Below, piece after piece: positions 55,801 through 64,000 of a stretch of DNA of 64,000 nt. Within the stretch, counting starts at the first letter, position 1; each line of letters opens with the position of its first letter. The position numbers and the translations under genes were made by a program. The stretch spans positions 77,686,001 through 77,750,000 of the forward strand of contig OZ024742.1 in assembly GCA_964016885.1 (NCBI GenBank), read 5' to 3'. The DNA comes from Eledone cirrhosa. Taxonomy: Eukaryota. The notes under the pieces were generated by a model. That model saw nothing but the letters and a program-made list of their open reading frames with translations. It made no database searches and had not been told where the DNA came from.

Positions 55801-58800
55801 CTCTTTGAGTCTCAGTCATTGATGTTACTTAACTGGAAAGTTTGTTGAAATGAATATCAAGCCACTACCTGCAGCCTCAGATATTCATGACGTATCGGAG
55901 GGTTCTTGCTGTTGCCAGCAAGCATGCCTTTTGAAGCGTTCCAAAAAGCGTGAAGGGGCCAATTTTCTTTAACCATCCCTGGAAACTTTTTGAGATAGTC
56001 CCTAGTGCGCCTATGACAATCGGGATCACTTTGACTTCATGGCAGTTACAAATCCTTTTTACCTCCCACTTTAAGTCCTGGTATCGGTTAATTTTCTCCC
56101 TCTCCTTCTCTTGCACTCTCGTGTCGAATGGGCAGGCCACATCCACAATCAGGCACGATCTTTTTTCTTTGTCCAAAACCACCAGGTCAGGTCTATTGTG
56201 TTCCAGTTTCTTGTCCGTCTGTATCCTAAAATCCCACAGCACCTTCACCTGATCGTTTTCTATCACCGCCTCTGGCTTATGCTCATACCACTTCTCAGAA
56301 TGTGGTAAATTGTTTACTTTGTATAGGTGGCAGTGGATCACCCTGCCCATCTCATCATGTCTCTAGCCCTTATAGTGAGTCTGAGCTAGGTGTTTACACT
56401 CGGATACAATGTGAGCCACGGTCTCCTCTCTCTCTCCACAGATCCTGCACAGTGGGCTAGCCTCCTCCTTGTAAATGAGGTGTTTCAACCACTTCGTTTT
56501 TAGGGCCTGCTCCTGCGTAGCCATTAACATTCCTTCTGTAGCCTTTTTAAGGTCTCCTCTTTTCAACCAGTTCCATGTCTGATTGTCTCTAAATTCAGTT
56601 TTCTCAAAGAAGGTACTATGAAGGGATTTTTCCTGAAGGCTGCTCTTTCTGCTTGATGTTATTTCCTCCTTGGACATCCCCTGGCCTATTGTCCCCTCCT
56701 TCAGTACAGTTCTGAGCATTGGCTCCTTACTATCAGTTACGTATTTGTGTAGGTTGTTTTTCTCCATCTGAACACAGTCCTCTATGCTGATAAGACCCCT
56801 TCCACCTTCAGATCTCCTTAAGTAGAGTCTATCGACATCACTCCTCTTGTGGAAGATGTTGTAGATAGTCAATAGCTTCCTAGTCTTCCTATCCATTTCT
56901 TTTTGTTCAGCAACATTCCATCTCAGAATTCCCGCACTGTACCTAATAATAGACACATCTCGGGAATGTACTGCACTTATGGCATTCCTACTGTTCAGAT
57001 GTGACTTTAATACGCTCCTTACTCTCCGAAGGTATTCAGTTCTTATCAATTCCGTCATTCTTTTGTTCTTGACGTCATCAGCCTCCAGAACGCCCAAATA
57101 CTTGTATCCTTCATCAGAGTCAATTTCCTTTATCATCTCACTTGTTGGTATCTGGATTCCGTTACTTCTGCTCAACTTACCCCTCCTCATCACACTTACT
57201 AATACCAAATTGCATACATATATCATTGCTGAAAATACGGACAGTGTCAACAACCACATCCAACTCATTCTCACTCTTCCCGAAGAGCTTAAGATCGTCC
57301 ATGAAGAGGAGGTGATTGATGGTAAGCCCTCCCTTTCCCAACCTGTATCCTGCTCTCATTTTTCGCAGTACACTGGTCAGGGGCATCAGGGCAAGGACAA
57401 ACAATAGAGGGGACAGACTATCTCCCTGGAAGATAACTCTCTTGATCTTCACGCTTCCCAAGGATTCTCCAGTTGATGTTAACTCTGTTTCCCAGGACTT
57501 CATACTTTTGCCCAACAACTGTCTGATGTTATCTGCCACCCTGAAGATCTCCAGGCTTTTGGTGATCCAAGAATGAGGCACCATGTCAAATGCCTTTTTG
57601 TAGTCTATCCATCCCATGGCAAGACCAGTGTGTCTCCTCTTGCAATTCTTCATTACCATCTTATCAATAAGTAACTGGTCCTTTGTACCACGTGACTTCT
57701 TTCGGCATCCTTTCTCTTCGTCCGGCAACAAGTTGTTTGTGTGGAGGTGATGGTAGATTTCCTCAGACATAATGCTTGTCAACAGTTTCCACATCACGGA
57801 CAGACATGTGATAGGTCTATAGTTGGTAACATCATTACCCTTGATTCGGTCTTTCATTATCAGAACTGTGGTACCTTTTGTCAACCACTCTGGTACCTCA
57901 CCTGACATCAAGCAGTCATTGAACATGGTTGTCAGTTTCGGGTGGAGGGATGTTATGTTTTTAATCCAATACCGCTGCACACCATCTGGGCCAGGTGATT
58001 TCCAGTTGGGGAGTGTTTTGGCCTGCCCCTTAAGAGTTTCAACTGTGATACTCAAATCAGTTTGTTGGTGTGCCTGTTCACTGATCTCCTTCTGTACTGT
58101 CTCAATCCACACTGCCTGGTCATTATGTTTAACATCCTGCTCCCATATTGCCTCCAGAATGTTTTAGTTTGTTCCGCCTCAGGGATCAAGTCGTTGCCTC
58201 TTTCTTTCCCTTCAAGCTGTCCAAACAGCATCTTCTGGTTGTTGTCGAACATGCGGTTCTGTCTATACTGACTGACTCTGTTCTCGTATCGCCTGATTTT
58301 TGCACTCTTTGCTACAATGCGTTGCTTCAGTTCCTCTATGATAATATTTAGCTTTTTCCTCCTAGTTTTGTACTTTATTTCCAGTCTATTTTTAGTGTCT
58401 ATATTTTTTAGTGTCCCATTCAGTAGGGACTCAAGCTTTCCAATGTCATTTCTCATTTCCCTGATTTGACCACTCAGTCGTTTCTTCCACCAAGGCTCTG
58501 CTCTTTCTTGTCTGTTGTTTCCTCTCGCTTTTATACCAAGTAGTTTCCTCACCGTATTTGCTGTTGCTTTGAGGATATTGTTGCACTGGTGAAGGCTCCT
58601 CGCTTCAAGGTATGGGTTGACTTTGTTTACCTTAGCTGTTGATTCTTTTAACTTTTTCCTGTCTACAAATCTTAGGTTCATAGGTCTCCCACTATCATTG
58701 TTCAATTCATCTACCACTAAGTTTAGGATATTAACCAAATCTTGTCCTAGCCCGTCAGCATTCAACTCCTCAGTGGCCGTATCTCTGTTCCAGGTATTAT

Positions 58801-59347
58801 TTATCTCAGCATTCAGATCGTTGTCTGCTTCGGGTGGTTCCTCCGTTCTCTCGACCTCTTCACCTTCATTTCCCACTGGCTCGTTTGCCTGGCATACTCC
58901 ACCCTCCATCTCCAAACTAATCTCTCTGCTCAGTTCCTCCAGTTCTAGCTCGCTTATCCACCCATTAGTTCTTATTACCCGAGCCTGCCCGGGCAGTTTT
59001 TGTTCATCTAATTTAAATGGACCAATCTCGTTCCAGATGTTAATCATCCTTTTCCTATAGCCTTTCTCCTTGGGGTTACTCTTCAGGTAACATTGCATAA
59101 CAGTTATATTCAATTCTTTCGTCCAGTTAGTTCTGGTCCCTTTCCTTCTTCTTCTTCCTCCGACACCAGCAGTATTTGGTTGACAGCCAGGTCCCTACTG
59201 CTAAGCCAGTGAGCACCTATTGGGTGAGAGTCTGTCACATGACATTCTAGTCTCCATTTCACCGTTATTCGAACTGTTTAGGTTCGACATTTAAACACTC
59301 TTATCGAGGATTGGCGAATGTATGGTTACATAACCACCGGTGAATTA
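55801..59347 (-). mobile_element. Apparently full-length R4/Dong-like non-LTR retrotransposon (RT + CCHC + restriction-like endonuclease), frameshifted
   Basis: KSPGPDG, NYRPITCL, WIDYKKAFDMVPH, IFQGDSLSPLLF, HLLFMDDLKLF, RLYLRRSEGGRGL, CRICGEREETVAHIVSEC, RPDLVVLDK...IVDVACP...KINRYQDL. Both ends abut (TAA)n. Confidence 0.9.
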
Positions 59348-59348
59348 C

Positions 59349-59398
<50 letters not shown>
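59348..59398. repeat. (TTA)n microsatellite
   Basis: Direct reading. It lies between the Dong-like 5' end and the Tx1 5' end. Confidence 0.95.
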
Positions 59399-59602
59399 GG
59401 TGACCCACGTTTGTTATTTCCGTTTGTTTCCGCAAAGGTTTGTTATTTCCGTTTGTTAAAAATTGCCATCTATGGAAAATTTTATTGTTAACTGTTTATA
59501 AGCACACATACATGGTTTTCCGAAAAGAACACCCAAAAAGATTGGGGCCTTGTGCCCAAAATTTTAACTTTTATTATTATCAAAAATTTTCTTTGAAAAT
59601 AA

Positions 59603-61565
59603 ATGGCTACTTCACCTCTGCACGAAGCAGCTGAAAGCCTTCCTCACAAAATAACACCTCACACCGACACCACCATTGTAAATGTTACTACGTTTGCCAA
59701 CACAAAAAAAAATATAAGCAGTAGCAATATTTTAAATTTGTCTCAGGCAGACATTCATTTCCCGCCATTACCAATGACTGCAGGTGTTAAAGCCTCCACC
59801 ACCACCACCACCGCGACAACAGAAACAAAAGAAGAAAAAAATAAATTAACTCGTGATGTCGAAATGAAATCAAGCAAAATGGACTCTTCCCCACCAAAGA
59901 CGACTGACGTCACCACTACCACAACTGAAACTAAAATTTATATTAACGATAGCAACAACAACAACAATGACATTATAAAACCCCCCCTCAGTTTCGCCAG
60001 AGTAGCAAAACAATTCGAAGCATTTACGGTAACTCAGGAAGATTTAGAAAATGCCAAACAAATGGTAAAGAAAGATGGGTACAGGGTCAGCCTCACCCCC
60101 CCCCCCACCTAATAAAATGGAGCATCGGCGCTATGCACCGTGTCGTATAGAACAATAAATGTAAAATCGCGCCGAGTGGAACGGGCATCCGAGTCCCAAA
60201 TCCAAAAAGCTTTGGGACATGTGTGGGCAAGAAAAACCCACATCAGACGTGGGCAAAAGTATGGAACCGTGGACGTGTTCTTTGAAACACCAGAGGAGGC
60301 TAGAGAACACTCCATGGCCCCATTAAAAAGTGACGACTTCACACTCGTCCCAAGCTATTGTGGCCAGAGACTCGTAAAGATCAGGGTGACCCACGTTCCA
60401 CCGGCCATCGAAATTCCCTGGCTAATAGCGGCTGTCCTCGCCGGCATCGAAGCCAACACGAAAATAATAGCAATAGCAAAAGAAAAGCAGGAAAACTGGT
60501 CCGGATCAGGGATGGAGCTCCTGATCCAAGCAGACCAAAAAAGCATTGAGGAGATCCCAGAGGTAATAGACCTCACTGACGGCAGCCACCTCACGGTAAT
60601 TGTCGAGGGCAGAAGACCTAGGTGTGTCGTTTGTGGTGAAGGAACCCACCTAAGGGCTTTCTGCCCTCAGGCTAAAAGGTTGAGGCCACCTCTCCTACCC
60701 ACCCCAGTGACACAACCATCAACACCACCAGTAGCAGAGATGGCAGCAACAACTTCAGCAGCAACAACAGAAGCAACTATAACAGCAACAACCCCAGCAA
60801 CAGTAGCAAAACCAACACCACCACCACCAGCAGCAAAACCAACACCACCACCACCCAACGCTTCAGAACTAGCACCAGCGCCTACACCATCCACCACGCC
60901 ACAACCAAAACTAACGGCTGTGGAGGATTTTCCACTCCCCGGCCTATCACAACTGGAGACAGATTGTGACGACGAGGAGTGGGAAACGATATCCGGAAAA
61001 AAAAAAAAGAAACCAAAAAAGAAAAAATTCTCTTCCTTCCCCCTCCAAAAACAAAATACAGAGGGAAACAAATAAACTAAGAAACAAAAAAGTTACGACA
61101 GATATGCCACAATCCACACAAGCATCACCAACCCCATCAACCCAAACACCAACACCATCACCATCATTAGCCCCAACACCACCATCACCTACACCACAAA
61201 AGTCACCAAAATGCGAAACAGAAACAAACCCACAACAAACGCAAACAAAACAAAACAACCAAAACGATACACACTACACAGCATTAAATTTGAACAACAA
61301 GCAATTATTACACTACATCCAACACAACACCAGCATCACAGAAAAAGACTACACAACAACCCCAAAATTCACACCACCTCCACACATACAAATCACTCGC
61401 ATCACACAGAAAACGTACATGACACTAAAACAAAAATTCCCCAAAGACATCGGAGACTTCCGACAAGCACTCTCCAGGAGGATTTATAAGGACATCCTCC
61501 CTGAGGAGGCCACAAGCAGTGAAAAGGATGGAGAAACCATCCTTCCTCTACGAGAAGTAAGGTAA
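59603..61565 (+). pseudogene. Tx1 ORF1 (gag-like, CCHC zinc knuckle), frameshifted at homopolymer runs
   Basis: Three ORF pieces (59603-60112, 60140-61075, 60966-61565). VIVEGRRPRCVVCGEGTHLRAFCP matches CX2CX4HX4C. Confidence 0.8.
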
Positions 61566-61599
61566 GTGGTCTTTCCCATCTTGTCCACTCCTTTTCAAC

Positions 61600-64000
61600 A
61601 TGACCTCACTCAGAATAGGCAGCATAAATGCGCGTGGCTTGGGGTCGTCATGGAAGCAAGGCCACCTGCTCAACGACCTCAGGTCACTAAACATAGATGT
61701 TGTGGCCATCAGCGAGACCAGAATCTCCGAAGCACAGGCTTTCGCACCGATCTTCGGCGGCTACGATGTGTACGCATCTCCCAGCCGTCCGGGATCGGGG
61801 GGAGGAGTTGCTGTGCTTTTTCGGAGAGGTTTGGATCTTGCCATACGGGCCATCTTTCTGGACCCAGAAGGTAAGTTGGTTGTGCTGGACGTGACCAGCG
61901 GAGACGGCCAAGCTTTCAGGTTAGTGGCCGTCTATGCCCCGACAGGAGCAGGGCGGCCTGATTTCTTCCGGCGTCTGGAGACCTTTCTTGGAACGTCCCG
62001 CTCTTTAGTGTTAGTGGGCGACAGGAACGGGATCTTAGATGCACGCTGGGATTGTGTGGGATTAGTGGATAGGGAAGGAGGGTGCAGGAGTCTCACCAAC
62101 CTGCTCAGACGTTTTGAACTGTCTGACAGGTACCGAATGGATTTCCCGAATGTACCAATGTGTACTTGGACAAATCGCATAGGGTCATCCAGATCATATC
62201 TAGATAGAGTATTTTGTAGGGAAATAGATAGGTTTAGCATAGGCTGTCCACAATTCAAGATAGTCAGCTACACGGACCTCAAATTCGTGATCTGTGTGCT
62301 TGACTTAGATAGGTTTCATAGGCGAGGACCCGGCTACTGGAAGCTAAACGCGTCCTTGCCAGCGCGCAAGGCCTACAGAGACCGGATTAGCGAACTAGTT
62401 AAGCGGGCGTTGACGGGAGCCATCGTCAACAACAAGTGATGGTTTGCTCTGAAAAGAGCAATTAGAATAGAGTCCATTAGGTTTAGTAAGACTTTAGCAA
62501 TAGAGAAAAATAGAGCAGAGGGAGAATTAGTTAGAAAATTAGATGAGGCGCTTAGCAAAGGCATCGCGACCTACGTACTTGCGGCGAAATTGGCCCTTGA
62601 CCAATTCTTCAATGCAAAGCACGAAGGCTGCGTTGTCAGAGCTAGGGTGCGTGCTCTCAGACACGAGGGGACGAAAGCCGTTCAATGGGCCCGAGTGGCG
62701 GAGGCGCGTCGTGGCAACAAAGCCACGATCCGGACTTTAGTGTCTACCTCGACGGACTGCCGCGGCTTTCGGCCACTGAGGCGGAGTGTTGCGAAAAGCC
62801 GATAACAACCGCTGAAGTACGGGATGCAATGACTAGATGCACAAGGGGTAAATCGCCTGGTTTGGATGGTCTGCCCTATGAACTTTACGTACAAATGCCA
62901 AACTTGTTCGGGGGCCTCTTGGCGGACGTCTACTGCAAATGGCAACAGAACGGGAGAATTCCCAGCTCTGTGAGCCGAGGAGCGGTGGCGCTGCTGAGAA
63001 AGGATCCGAACAAGGGGGATAACATAGATAATTTTAGGCCCATAACTCTGCTAAACACAGAGTTCAAGATTTTGGCCAAGGTGCTAGCAAAGAGGTTGGC
63101 GCTTTTCGTTGGTGGTCTGGTGGGAGAGGCACAGACATGCGCCATTCCCGACAGATCCATTCACGACAACCTCAACCTCATGCGATACATCTTAGACAGG
63201 GTAGCTAGGGAACCTGGCACGGGTGGGTCTTTGATCAATTCAGATCAGTCAAAAGCCTTCGATAGGGTCGACTATCGTTACCTAGCGGCAGTCCTGAGGG
63301 CGGCTGGCTTTGGGCCCGTCTTCAGAGGCTGGATCGCTGCCTTGCACAGCGACATCTGCTCTGTAGTGAGAGTGAACGGTCACCTTTCGGAACCGTTCAA
63401 CATCATGCGCTCGGTCCGCCAAGGATGTCCCCTCTCGTCCCTATTGTACGTATTGACTCTCGAGCCATTACTGCACAAACTGGAGACGTTGAGGGGGGTC
63501 CCGCGCGAAGTAGGATGCGGAAGATCCGTGTCAACATATGCCGACGATGTCACCGTAGTGGTGTCGAACGCGAAACACATCGAGGCGATCGGCACTACAC
63601 TAAGAGAATACGAAGCGGTGACAGGAGCAATGATCAACCAGGAAAAGTCAGTGGGCCTGCAGCTCGGCACCTGGAGAGGCAGGTCCATGCCGTCCAACAG
63701 CGTCGTCGGGCGCTGGACGGACGGACCGGTTAAATTGCTAGGGGTCTGGTTCGGTCCAGACCTCCAGACGGACAAAAACTGGGACGAGGTGACGAGCAGG
63801 GTGGCTTCTCTCACCCAGAAATGGGCCGAGAGGAAGCTATCCCTGAAAGGTCGAGCGGAGGTGGCTAACGCGTACATCGCGTCCGTCATCTACTACCGCC
63901 TGACCGTCGTACCTTGTCCTAAGCCGCGTCTGACTGCGCTGGAGCGTTTGCTCTTTCGCTTCTTGTGGAAGGGACGCGCTCAGATGGTCAGGCGGTCCAT
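61600..64000 (+). pseudogene. Tx1 ORF2 (APE endonuclease + RT), with stops and frameshifts, 3' incomplete
   Basis: SINARGL, ISETR, AVYAP, SYLDRVF, GYWKLN, NFRPITLLNTEFKILAK, DQSKAFDRVD, VRQGCPLS, YADDVT. Confidence 0.9.

Larger units (their letters stand above)
59399..64000 (+). mobile_element. L1/Tx1-type LINE from its apparent 5' end, continuing past the window
   Basis: 5' UTR, ORF1 and ORF2 in canonical order, starting immediately after (TTA)n. Confidence 0.9.

Overview
AT-rich eukaryotic, almost certainly invertebrate, repeat-dense DNA. The tRNA/Nin-type SINEs and the extensive (TA)n tracts resemble an octopod genome (inference). I found no credible host gene exon, and nearly all short ORFs in the track are translations of (TA)n/(CA)n microsatellites. 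The window holds decayed retrotransposons: an RTE-like RT stub, a CR1-like LINE, a small LTR element with a tRNA-Trp-like PBS, five Penelope-like element (PLE) copies or fragments (three Naiad-like, two Neptune-like), and a nest of two L1/Tx1 copies plus an R4/Dong element sharing one (TAA)n tract. The main signal is a hammerhead ribozyme (HHR) system read by eye. A 310-bp, highly base-paired, non-coding unit with a minimal type I HHR forms a near-identical head-to-head array of 13 ribozymes (2441-6547, retrozyme-like). A second 418-bp HHR tandem unit lies at 27041-27882. HHRs also sit in the pseudo-LTRs of a nearly full-length Naiad element, and several more intact or half HHRs lie in short inverted elements that end in (TA)n. 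In total there are about 20 intact-looking cores of six sequence families within 30 kb. Ribozyme folds were derived manually and activity is untested.
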